A stretch of DNA of 17,974 bases from Candidatus Krumholzibacteriia bacterium (GTDB lineage Bacteria > Krumholzibacteriota > Krumholzibacteriia > LZORAL124-64-63), in contig JAWOID010000121.1 in the NCBI GenBank assembly GCA_046484865.1, positions 1-17,974 on the forward strand, in the 5' to 3' direction. Positions within the stretch are counted from its first letter, which is position 1; each line of letters opens with the position of its first letter. A program made the translations under genes and the position numbers. Shown here in pieces: positions 1-7,721 of the stretch. The notes beneath the pieces were generated by a model, which made no database searches, had not been told where the DNA came from, and was given only the letters and a program-made list of their open reading frames with translations.

Positions 1-939
1 GCCGGATCGTACCCGGCCGCACCGCGCCGGGCGACCACGCCACGGATCGTCTCGGCCGCGATCGCGGCGGGCGTCTGGCTCGTCGTGGTGGCGCCGTGGG
101 CGATCCGCAACGGCGCCGTGACCGGCGACCCGTTCTTCGCCCTGCAGGCCCACGCCGAGCATCTGAAGGACACGCGCGCGTTCCCCGGGTACACGATCTA
201 CCGCGGCCTCGAGCCCGAGTCGCTCGCGACCTCGCTGCAGGAACGCCCGGAGATCCTCGCCCGCAAGACCTACCGCGGCCTGCGGTTCTTCCTGGAGAAC
301 CTCGGTTCGTGGCTGCCGTGGCCGCTGTTCGCGCTCACGGCCGCGCTCGTCGTCCGTCGTCGGCTGCAGTGGCGGGCGCAGGGCCGCGCCGGCGAACCGG
401 GCCGCGCCCAAGCTGATCCATGGTGGAACGACGACGCCGTGGTGGTGGCGGTCACGCTGGGCCTCTTCATCCTGCAGTACGCCCCCTTCTCCCACACGCT
501 GCGGCACCTCGCGCCGCTCTGGCCGATCGCGGCCTGGGTGGTGGCGCAGGAACTCGCCGGGGCCCTGCCGGTGTCGGACGCTGGCAGCAGAAGCGCCGCA
601 GTCCCCATGATCGCCGCCGGGAGTGCGTTCGTGCGTCAAGGTCTGCTGCCGGCGGCGACGGTCGGGGTCGTGCTGCTGCTCGTCCCGCCGCGCCTGCCCG
701 GCTGGGAGACCGCCGCGCGCGAGGCTACCCGCCTCGCTCCCGCGGTGGCCGCGGCCGTGGACCGCACGTCGGCGCTGCCGCCGGGTCCGGTCTTCACCGA
801 CAATGCAGCGGTGCTGTGGTGGACCGGACGGGCCGGGGTCTGGTCGCCCGAGGATCCCGCGGTCGAGCAAAAGCTGCGCGAACTCGTCCCTGGGCTCGCG
901 GACGCGCCACGGGCGAGCCTGGCGGGCGGACCCGAATAG
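1..939 (+). CDS. Polytopic membrane protein, probable GT-C fold glycosyltransferase (ArnT/PMT/GT39-like); C-terminal part only, 5' end outside the window
   Basis: Frame 1 is open from base 1 to TAG at 937-939. It has several hydrophobic helices, a PWAIRNGAVTGDPFF segment matching the PWxxRNxxxxG pattern common in GT-C-like proteins, an 'RHLAPLWP' segment, and a short soluble C-terminal domain. The family call is by motif resemblance only. Confidence 0.55.
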   Translation, partial: AGSYPAAPRRATTPRIVSAAIAAGVWLVVVAPWAIRNGAVTGDPFFALQAHAEHLKDTRAFPGYTIYRGLEPESLATSLQERPEILARKTYRGLRFFLENLGSWLPWPLFALTAALVVRRRLQWRAQGRAGEPGRAQADPWWNDDAVVVAVTLGLFILQYAPFSHTLRHLAPLWPIAAWVVAQELAGALPVSDAGSRSAAVPMIAAGSAFVRQGLLPAATVGVVLLLVPPRLPGWETAAREATRLAPAVAAAVDRTSALPPGPVFTDNAAVLWWTGRAGVWSPEDPAVEQKLRELVPGLADAPRASLAGGPE

Positions 940-989
940 CCGATGCCGGGCCGTCCTTCGCAAGACCCCGAAAGACCCGCAGGACTCGA

Positions 990-1466
990 CTACCGCCCGT
1001 TCGCGCCGCGATCGCGGGGCTTCTGCGGGACCGTGAGATCGACGCGCGGTCCGTCGGCGTCCGGGTCCAGCTCGATGATCCGGGCGCCCGACAGATACAG
1101 CCCGTCCGACTCCGTCACGGCCACGAGCATGATCTCGTCCGCCACCGGGTACCAGCCCAGCACCTGGCCCAGCTCGTCCCGCACCTCCACCGAATCGGCC
1201 ACGGCGACCAGGTCCATGGGAATCGCATAGGTCCCGTCCGCGCCGGCGACCGCGCTGGGGTGCGTGACGAACTCGAGCGGCCGATAGAAGTCGAGGAAGA
1301 GGTCCGACTCCGTTGGTCCGGCACCGTCGGCAACCAGCCGGGCGATGTACGAGCCGGCCGGAACGCCGTCGCCGTTCGCGTCGCGGGTATCCCAGGTCAC
1401 GGTGTGGGTTCCCGCCGGCAACTCCCCGTCGAGCACCGTGACGACCAGCGCCCGGGTGCGGTCGTG
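990..1466 (-). pseudogene. Probable 5'-truncated remnant of a secreted protein with an FlgD Ig-like domain and further beta-rich sequence
   Basis: HDRTRALVVTVLDGELPAGTHTVTWDTRDANGDGVPAGSYIARL matches the second half of the FlgD_Ig pattern (D..GrlV.tL.dg...aG.h...WDg.d..G..v.sG.Y..rl). The first strands of the domain, a signal peptide and a convincing RBS/start are missing. The 34 codons upstream (1467-1568) do not look protein-like. Confidence 0.5.
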
Positions 1467-1568
1467 ACGGCAGCAGCGATCTCGGTCGAGACGAGGACCC
1501 GGAGCATACCATGCAGCGCCTGCCGACGCGAGATCTCGCGAACCAACGGCGCCCGTCCCGTGGAGCAC

Positions 1569-4500
1569 CTACATCGACCGCCGGTACTGCCCCCCCACGT
1601 CGTACAGCGCCCGCGAGATCTGCCCCAGCGAGCACACCTTCGCCGCCTCCAGCATGCTCTCGAAGATGTTCTCATGCCGCACCGCCGTCTCCTGGAGCCG
1701 CTGCAGCGCGGCCGCCGCCCCGTCGCAGTTGCGCTCCTGAAAGGCCTGCAGCGAGGCGATGGCGTACTCCTTCTCCTCGTCCGTCGAGCGGCTCACCTCG
1801 GCCGGGACCAGCGTGGGCGAGCCTTCGTCGTCCAGGAAGGTGTTCACGCCGACGATCGGCAGCTCGCCCGAGTGCTTGCGCGACTCGTAGACGAGCGACT
1901 CCTCCTGGATCTTCGTGCGCTGGTACATGCGCTCCATGGCGCCGAGCACGCCGCCGCGCTCGCTGAGGCGCAGGAACTCCTGCAGCACCGCCTCCTCCAC
2001 GAGGTCGGTGAGCTCGTCGACGATGAACGCCCCCTGCAACGGGTTCTCGTTCTTCGCCTGACCCAGCTCCTTGTTGATGATCATCTGGATGGCGAGGGCG
2101 CGGCGCACGCTCTCCTGGGTGGGCGTGGTGATGGCCTCGTCGTAGGCGTTCGTGTGCAGGCTGTTGCAGTTGTCGTAGATGGCGTACAGCGCCTGCAGGG
2201 TGGTGCGGATGTCGTTGAAGGCGATCTCCTGCGCGTGCAGCGAGCGGCCCGAGGTCTGGATGTGGTACTTCAGCTTCTGGCTGCGCTCGTTGCCGCCGTA
2301 ACGCCGGCCGATCGCCTTCGCCCAGATGCGGCGAGCCACCCGGCCGATGACCGCATACTCCGCGTCCATGCCGTTGCTGAAGAAGAACGAGAGGTTCGGC
2401 GCGAAGTCGTCGATCTCCAGCCCCCGCGACAGGTAGTACTCCACGTACGTGAAACCGTTGGCCAGGGTGAAGGCGAGCTGCGTGATGGGGTTGGCGCCCG
2501 CCTCGGCGATGTGGTAGCCGCTGATCGACACCGAGTAGAAGTTGCGCACCCGGCGGCGCGTGAACGACTCCTGGATGTCGCCCATCATGCGCAGCGCGAA
2601 CTCGGTGGAGAAGATGCAGGTGTTCTGGGCCTGGTCCTCCTTGAGGATGTCCGCCTGCACGGTGCCGCGTACCTGCTGCAGGACGTCGGCGCGGATCTGC
2701 TCGTAGACGTCGCGCGGCAGCACGTCGTCGCCGCTCGCGCCCAGCAGCATGAGGCCGAGCCCATCGTTGCCCGCCGGCAGTTCGCCCTGGTATTGCGGCC
2801 GCAGGCGCTCCTTGCCCTGGTAGAGCGCCGCCATCCGCTTCTGGACGTCGTCGACGAGGCCGTGCTCGCGGATGTGCTGCTCGCAGGCCTGATCGACGGC
2901 GGCGTTCATGAAGAAGGCGAGCAGCATGGGCGCGGGACCGTTGATCGTCATCGAGACGCTGGTGGCGGGGTCGCTGAGGTCGAATCCGCTGTACAGCTTC
3001 TTGGCGTCGTCCACGGTGGCGATGCTGACGCCGCTGTTGCCGACCTTGCCGTAGATGTCCGGGCGGACGGCCGGGTCCTCGCCGTAGAGCGTCACCGAGT
3101 CGAAGGCGGTGGAGAGCCGCTTCGCGGGCAGGCCGCGCGAGACGTAATGGAAGCGACGGTTCGTGCGCTCGGGGCCGCCCTCCCCCGCGAACATGCGCGT
3201 GGGGTCCTCGTGCTCGCGCTTGAGCGGGAACACGCCTGCCGCGTACGGGAAGACGCCGGGGAAGTTCTCGGTGAGCTGCCACTGCAGGATCTCGCCCCAG
3301 TCGCGGAACCGGGGCGGCGCCACCCGCGGAATGCGCGTGCCGCTCAGGGAGGTGCGGTACAGCTCCTGCTCGAACACCCGGTCGCGCACCTGGAAGCGGT
3401 ACGTGTCGGCGCGGTAGGCGGCGACGGTGTCGGGCCACGCGCGCAGGCCGGCGGCGCACTCGGCGTCCAGGCGCCGCTCCAGCTCCCGGTAGCGCTCCAG
3501 CAGCGCGCGCGCCTGATCGCCGTCGCCCGGCGCGTCGGCGGCCTCGGGCAGCACCGCGTCGTCCTCGCCGGCGGGCTGCAGCCCCCGCAGCAGCCGGATC
3601 GTGCCGTCGAGCTGGTAGAGCTGCCGCGCCAGCTCCGTCTGCTCGCGCACGAAGCGATCGTACTGCCGGCTGTGCTCCACGATCTCCGCGAGGTAGCGTT
3701 CGCGGTCGGGCGGGATGATGAAGTGGCGCTCGCTCTCGGTGTTCACGTCGAGGAAGGCGGACGGCAGGTCCACGCCCGTCCGCTCCGCCAGCGCGGCCAT
3801 GATCCGCCCGTAGAGCGTGTTCATGCCCGGATCGTTGAACTGCGAGGCGATGGTGCCGACCACCGGCATCTCGTCGGGCGAGCGATCGAAGGCGCCGCGG
3901 TTGCGCTGCACCTGCTTGCGCACGTCGCGCAGCGCGTCGAGGCTGCCGCGCTTGTCGAACTTGTTCACCGCCACCAGGTCGGCGAAGTCGAGCATGTCGA
4001 TCTTCTCGAGCTGCGTGGCCGCGCCGTACTCCGCCGTCATCACGTAGAGGGCGACGTCGGCGTGGTCGGTGACCGAGGTGTCGCTCTGACCGATGCCGCT
4101 GGTCTCCACGATCACGAGATCGAATCCGGCCGCCCGCACCACCTCGATGGCGTCCCGCACGTGGCGGCTGATGGCGCGGTTCGCCTCGCGGGTGGCCAGC
4201 GAGCGCATGTAGACCCGGTCGCTGGCGATGGCGTTCATGCGGATCCGGTCGCCGAGCAGGGCGCCGCCGGTGCGGCGCCGCGACGGGTCCACCGAGATCA
4301 CCGCCACCGTGCGGTCCGCGAAGTCGCCGAGGAAGCGGCGCACCAGCTCGTCCACCAGCGACGACTTGCCCGCGCCGCCCGGACCGGTGACCCCCAGCAC
4401 GGGCACGCGCGGGGCGCCTTCGCGACGCTCGGCGATGGCGGGCGCCAGCCCGGCGAAGCGCTCCGGATCGTTCTCGGCCAGGGTGATGAGCCGGGCGAGA

Positions 4501-4994
4501 TGACGGGGTTCGCGCGCCGCGAGCCGCTGTTCCTCCAGGGCGAAATCGCCGTCCACGGTGGGGAAGTCGCACTGGCGGATCACGTCGTCGATCATGCCCT
4601 GCAGGCCGAGGCGGCGCCCATCGTCGGGGGAGTAGATGCGGGCGATGCCGTAGTCCTGCAGTTCCGCGATCTCGGCCGGCAGGATGGTGCCGCCGCCGCC
4701 GCCGAAGATCTTCACGCCGCCGCCGCGCTCGGCGAGCAGGTCGTGCATGTACCGGAAGAACTCCAGATGCCCGCCCTGGTAGCTGGTGACGGCGATGCCC
4801 TGGGCGTCCTCCTGCACGGCGCAGTCCACGATCTCCTGGACGGAGCGGTTGTGCCCCAGGTGGATCACCTCGGCCCCGGTGCCTTGCAGGATCCGGCGCA
4901 TGACGTTGATGGCGGCGTCGTGTCCGTCGAACAGGGACGCGGCGGTGACGATGCGGACATGGTGGCGTGGCTGGTAGCGCTCGCTGGTGGGCAT
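1569..4994 (-). CDS. icmF: Fused isobutyryl-CoA mutase / MeaB-like GTPase chaperone IcmF (adenosylcobalamin-dependent), 1141 aa
   Basis: N-terminal B12-binding domain ([17 protein letters not shown]). GTPase domain with P-loop [22 protein letters not shown] and NKFD. Mutase barrel with TRMFAGEG (Phe at the specificity position), [24 protein letters not shown] and QTSGRSL. Canonical C-terminus [14 protein letters not shown] lies upstream of the ATG. Confidence 0.96.
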   Translation of the reverse strand: MPTSERYQPRHHVRIVTAASLFDGHDAAINVMRRILQGTGAEVIHLGHNRSVQEIVDCAVQEDAQGIAVTSYQGGHLEFFRYMHDLLAERGGGVKIFGGGGGTILPAEIAELQDYGIARIYSPDDGRRLGLQGMIDDVIRQCDFPTVDGDFALEEQRLAAREPRHLARLITLAENDPERFAGLAPAIAERREGAPRVPVLGVTGPGGAGKSSLVDELVRRFLGDFADRTVAVISVDPSRRRTGGALLGDRIRMNAIASDRVYMRSLATREANRAISRHVRDAIEVVRAAGFDLVIVETSGIGQSDTSVTDHADVALYVMTAEYGAATQLEKIDMLDFADLVAVNKFDKRGSLDALRDVRKQVQRNRGAFDRSPDEMPVVGTIASQFNDPGMNTLYGRIMAALAERTGVDLPSAFLDVNTESERHFIIPPDRERYLAEIVEHSRQYDRFVREQTELARQLYQLDGTIRLLRGLQPAGEDDAVLPEAADAPGDGDQARALLERYRELERRLDAECAAGLRAWPDTVAAYRADTYRFQVRDRVFEQELYRTSLSGTRIPRVAPPRFRDWGEILQWQLTENFPGVFPYAAGVFPLKREHEDPTRMFAGEGGPERTNRRFHYVSRGLPAKRLSTAFDSVTLYGEDPAVRPDIYGKVGNSGVSIATVDDAKKLYSGFDLSDPATSVSMTINGPAPMLLAFFMNAAVDQACEQHIREHGLVDDVQKRMAALYQGKERLRPQYQGELPAGNDGLGLMLLGASGDDVLPRDVYEQIRADVLQQVRGTVQADILKEDQAQNTCIFSTEFALRMMGDIQESFTRRRVRNFYSVSISGYHIAEAGANPITQLAFTLANGFTYVEYYLSRGLEIDDFAPNLSFFFSNGMDAEYAVIGRVARRIWAKAIGRRYGGNERSQKLKYHIQTSGRSLHAQEIAFNDIRTTLQALYAIYDNCNSLHTNAYDEAITTPTQESVRRALAIQMIINKELGQAKNENPLQGAFIVDELTDLVEEAVLQEFLRLSERGGVLGAMERMYQRTKIQEESLVYESRKHSGELPIVGVNTFLDDEGSPTLVPAEVSRSTDEEKEYAIASLQAFQERNCDGAAAALQRLQETAVRHENIFESMLEAAKVCSLGQISRALYDVGGQYRRSM

Positions 4995-5059
4995 GCAGGA
5001 CCTCTCGCTGGCGGCGGAGCGCCGCGGCTGGATCGTCGTCGCGGTGGACGGACCTTCCT

Positions 5060-5089
5060 CTTATATCATGCCGCTCGCAGCGGCGGCAA
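5060..5089 (-). promoter_or_regulatory. Putative sigma70-type promoter of icmF
   Basis: On the minus strand: TTGCCG (5089-5084), an 18-nt spacer, then TG-a-TATAAG (5068-5060). It is the only AT-rich patch in this GC-rich intergenic region and lies ~65 nt upstream of the icmF start. Confidence 0.5.
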
Positions 5090-5148
5090 CGCCGGGCGGC
5101 GGCGGCAACGCCGGGCGGCCGCGGCAACGCCGGGCGGCGGCGGCAACG
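5080..5148. repeat. 19-bp tandem repeat (GCGGCGGCAACGCCGGGCG), 3 full copies plus a 12-nt partial copy
   Basis: Copies at 5080-5098, 5099-5117, 5118-5136 (one mismatch) and 5137-5148 (partial), read directly from the sequence. Confidence 0.95.
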
Positions 5149-5161
5149 GTGCTCGCCCGCC

Positions 5162-6970
5162 TCAGCGGGCCAGGCCGACGGCGGCGGTGAGCCAGCGGTC
5201 GCCACGGACGGCCCCGCGGGCGACGGAGCCGGCTTCCTCGTCGATCCACGCCAGCCGCAACCGGACCTCGGGGCCCGGCGGTAGCCGGCGCAGCCGCAGC
5301 GCCGCCTCGAGCCGGCGGGCCTCGGGCAAGCCGGGGTGCCGCCACACGGAGCGGTCGCCCCGCAGCTCCGCCTCCCACCGCGAGCCCCCCGACCGCAGCC
5401 GGGTCAGCAGCGTCACGCGCTCGCCGCCGCCCCCCAGCGGGGTCCCGAGCACCCGCCCTCCGTGCGCGTAGCCCGGATCGAAGCTCGAGCTGCTGTACCA
5501 GAGCACCAGCGGATGTCGCAGTTCCGCGTACTCGGCGGCCAGGTCCCAGCGCGGCGACAGCAGTTCGACCCCGGCCACCGAGGCCGGCGCCGCGATGCTG
5601 GGCAGGAACGGCAGCACGTCGTTCGGCAGGTAATCCTCGCCGCCGTATTCCCAGTAGGCGCGTCCCGCGGCGGCGGGCAGCAACGGCCACGGCGCGCGCC
5701 GCCAGCAGCCCTCGAACTGCAGGGCGAAGATGCGGTCGGTCAGCGGCCCGCGCTCGGACTCGGCGTCGGTGGCCCCCACCAGGGGGAATGCGACCTGCGG
5801 CAGGTCCGCCCAGAGCGTTCCGCGGCGGGGCGCGGCCACCGCCGACTGGGTGACGGTGGTGCGCAGCCAGCGCGTGTGATTCCAGGTGACCAGCCACTGC
5901 ACGAACCAGGGCCGGTCGGCGCGCTCGTGCCGCCCCCTCTCGTCCTCCCAGCGCACCGCCCGGCGGTCGAGCAGGCCGCCGCGCACCAGCAGGTGTTCGG
6001 GCGCCAGCCAGCCCACCGGCCCGCGCCAGTGCAGCGGGGCCGTGCGGCGCAGCGTCAGCGCCGGGAACGAGGGCGCGTGCTCGCTCAGGGTGAGGCCGCC
6101 CTCGAGGCCGGGCCCCGCGCTGCGCGGCGCCCAGCCGGCGGCCAGCGCCCAGCGCCCGAGTTGCACGCCCGCCACCAGGCGCGGCCAGTCGACCCGCCAC
6201 GGGCCGTCAAAGGTGCGCGCCTCGCCGGCGGCCGGCCGTCCGGTGGCCGTGGGCCAGCCGTCGTAGAGCAGTTCCGGCGGCGGCATCTGCCCGCCGGACG
6301 TCACCCGCCCGAGCAGGCGACCGCTGGCCGCCGCCCACGCCCGCCCGCGCTCCAGCTCCGCCGCTGCCGACATGGCGGCCGTGAGGCCGCGCGCGCGCAG
6401 CCGTCCCGACGCCAGCGGCACCTGATCGCCGCGAGGGTCCCATTCGAGGGACGCCGCGCCGTCCACCACCAGCCGCGCACCACGGCCCGCGCCATCGGGC
6501 CGGGTCAGCCGGTCGAGCCAGTGCCGCCGGAGCCGCAGCTCGCCGGGGTCCATCGTGACCGGCGGCATGCCGTCGGCCGGCTCGGCGAGCAGCCGCGCCA
6601 GCTCTGCCCGCGACACCGGTCGGTATGGTGGAGGGAAGGCGCCGCGTTCGAGAATGAGGCGGCGCAGGGTGGTCTCGTCGAGGTCGGCCGGCGAGGGCTC
6701 GGCCAGGCCGCCACGTGCGGAGCCGCAACATGCAGTGCCGCCAGTTGCAGTGCCGCGTGCAGTGCCGCGTGCAGTGCCGCGTGCAGTGCCGTCGGGTGCG
6801 GAGCCGACGGCGGCGGACGCAGCCGGAGATCCGGCCATGGCGCCGGCGGCGAGCGCAACGCCCAGAGGAGCGGCCCCCCAGGGAGCGGCCCACCCGGGAG
6901 CGGCCCCCAGAGGAGCGATCGCCAGCACGGCGATCGCCAGCAGGGTCGTCGTCGGCCGCGCCGACGTCAG
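5162..6970 (-). CDS. Capsule assembly Wzi-family outer-membrane beta-barrel protein (start uncertain: CTG 6970 or ATG 6838)
   Basis: Wzi-like motifs: RPVSRAELARLL in the N-terminal helical part, AGPGLEGGLTLSEHAPSFP (cf. WGPG..gsL.LS.nA.p.P), YWEYGGED, and WYSSSSFDPGYAHGGRVLGTPLG. It has alternating amphipathic beta-strands. A signal-peptide-like stretch (TSARPTTTLLAIAVLAIAPLGAAPGWA) begins at 6970. The track start at 7414 overlaps the upstream gene and is not credible. Confidence 0.75.
   Translation of the reverse strand: MTSARPTTTLLAIAVLAIAPLGAAPGWAAPWGAAPLGVALAAGAMAGSPAASAAVGSAPDGTARGTARGTARGTATGGTACCGSARGGLAEPSPADLDETTLRRLILERGAFPPPYRPVSRAELARLLAEPADGMPPVTMDPGELRLRRHWLDRLTRPDGAGRGARLVVDGAASLEWDPRGDQVPLASGRLRARGLTAAMSAAAELERGRAWAAASGRLLGRVTSGGQMPPPELLYDGWPTATGRPAAGEARTFDGPWRVDWPRLVAGVQLGRWALAAGWAPRSAGPGLEGGLTLSEHAPSFPALTLRRTAPLHWRGPVGWLAPEHLLVRGGLLDRRAVRWEDERGRHERADRPWFVQWLVTWNHTRWLRTTVTQSAVAAPRRGTLWADLPQVAFPLVGATDAESERGPLTDRIFALQFEGCWRRAPWPLLPAAAGRAYWEYGGEDYLPNDVLPFLPSIAAPASVAGVELLSPRWDLAAEYAELRHPLVLWYSSSSFDPGYAHGGRVLGTPLGGGGERVTLLTRLRSGGSRWEAELRGDRSVWRHPGLPEARRLEAALRLRRLPPGPEVRLRLAWIDEEAGSVARGAVRGDRWLTAAVGLAR
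6731..6791. repeat. 12-bp in-frame tandem repeat (TGCAGTGCCGCG) encoding GTAR units in the Wzi N-terminal linker
   Basis: Full copies at 6746-6757, 6758-6769 and 6770-6781, a partial copy at 6782-6791, and a displaced partial copy at 6731-6741. Confidence 0.92.
6867..6917. repeat. Degenerate 15-bp in-frame repeat (GGAGCGGCC core) encoding AAP-containing pentapeptides
   Basis: GGAGCGGCC recurs at 6867, 6882 and 6897, and GGAGCG at 6912 (period 15). Confidence 0.8.
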
Positions 6971-7230
6971 CGGACGGCGGCGTACACCAGACCGCCCACG
7001 ATCCAGATCGGCGCCGTGACCACGAGCAGTGCGACCGGCACCGCCAGGGTGGCGAGCAACGCCCCCACCAGCAGCACCGGCAGCCCGACCAGCAGCAGCA
7101 GTAGCAGCTTGGTGGCCACCAGGACGATCTTCACGGGCAGCAGGATCAGCCCCACCGCGAGCTTCAGCACCAGCAGGCCCACGCTCAGCACGAGCGTCAG
7201 CATGGCGAGTCCGATCACGACCTCGATCAT
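6967..7230 (-). CDS. Small very hydrophobic membrane protein, 87 aa, function unknown
   Basis: ATG at 7230 is preceded by a GGAGG RBS (7242-7238). GC-rich third codon positions. Almost entirely L/V/A/I/G with 2-3 predicted TM helices. The TGA overlaps the putative Wzi start. Confidence 0.85.
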   Translation of the reverse strand: MIEVVIGLAMLTLVLSVGLLVLKLAVGLILLPVKIVLVATKLLLLLLVGLPVLLVGALLATLAVPVALLVVTAPIWIVGGLVYAAVR

Positions 7231-7442
7231 CGCGTAACCTCCCGCGCGGCGGCCCCGGAGAACCGTCCGATCCGTCGCGCATCGTCATGGCTGAGGATAC
7301 GCAGGCCATCCCGGCGGGTTGCAAGCCCCGGCGATGGCACCCGACGAACGGACCTCGTGGTGCCGGCGAAAATGTGTCCGGCGCCCGGCATGCCCGGAAC
7401 GACCACGACGGCACGGCTCGCGCCGATCATCAACGGCGCGAG

Positions 7443-7487
7443 AAAAAAAGAACGGACTCGACATTTTTGTACTTATCGTGATATGAT
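7443..7487 (+). promoter_or_regulatory. Putative strong sigma70-type promoter (A-tract/UP-like element, -35 TCGACA, extended -10 TGnTATGAT)
   Basis: A7 tract at 7443-7449, TCGACA at 7458-7463, an 18-nt spacer, TG at 7479-7480 and TATGAT at 7482-7487. It sits in a conspicuous AT-rich island. The predicted start is near 7494-7495, with no credible plus-strand CDS downstream. Confidence 0.65.
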
Positions 7488-7494
7488 TTTGAAA

Positions 7495-7712
7495 GAGCTG
7501 CTTCACTGGAGACATTCCCGGCCTAGGCGGAGGTAGCGCAACTTCCCTGTGCGCGGGTCGACCGTGAAGCAGCACCTTCTACCGGCGAGGATACCACCGG
7601 CATCGTCGCCGGTCAACGACCGGTGATGCCGAACCTGCGCGGCCTTCGCCCACCTCTTCCGCGCGGAACCTCGCCGGGCGGGGCGGGGGGCGGTTCTCGT
7701 ACCGCCCCCCGC
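7495..7712 (+). ncRNA. Candidate structured non-coding RNA of unrecognised family
   Basis: Nested helices: 7497-7506 with 7564-7573 (10 bp perfect); 7582-7590 with 7669-7677 (9 bp perfect), enclosing hairpins 7598-7631 and 7636-7665; and a terminal 12-bp hairpin at 7683-7712. It starts right at the predicted transcription start. Confidence 0.45.
7683..7712. terminator. Strong GC hairpin, probable terminator or 3' stabiliser downstream of the M16 peptidase pair (possibly bidirectional)
   Basis: GCGGGGGGCGGT (7683-7694) pairs with ACCGCCCCCCGC (7701-7712), a perfect 12-bp stem with a 6-nt loop, 9 nt from the stop codon at 7722. There is no U-tract on either side. Confidence 0.55.
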
Positions 7713-7721
7713 ATGAGTCCG

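Noticed and set aside
990..1571. Possible amber (TAG) read-through fusing IcmF to the in-frame downstream FlgD-like ORF (TAG followed directly by GTG)
   Set aside because: IcmF ends at its canonical C-terminus. The intervening 34 codons are not protein-like, a stop-free run of that length is expected at this GC content, and a cytoplasmic mutase fused to a secreted-type domain is implausible.
5080..5148. CRISPR array
   Set aside because: The repeats are head-to-tail with no spacers, only 19 bp long, and no cas genes are present.
4995..5161. Cobalamin riboswitch upstream of icmF
   Set aside because: No B12-box or GGGAA/GCCACTG core, and the leader is too short.
420..5471. 1683-aa plus-strand ORF and other long overlapping ORFs (1672-5205, 5336-7237, 8526-10148, 9724-12252, 12525-13880, 15452-16711)
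   Set aside because: These are antisense or alternate-frame shadows of well-supported genes. Stop codons are scarce in GC-rich DNA, and the translations are Arg/Gly/Ala/Pro-rich with no recognisable motifs.
7553..7576. SRP RNA (4.5S), suggested by GGTC...GAAGCAGC
   Set aside because: It lacks the conserved CAGG and the GNRA tetraloop of helix 8, and GAAGCAGC is instead paired in a perfect stem with 7497-7506.
7495..7576. tRNA or tRNA-Sec
   Set aside because: No TTCRA T-loop, D-arm, anticodon arm or CCA end in the correct geometry.
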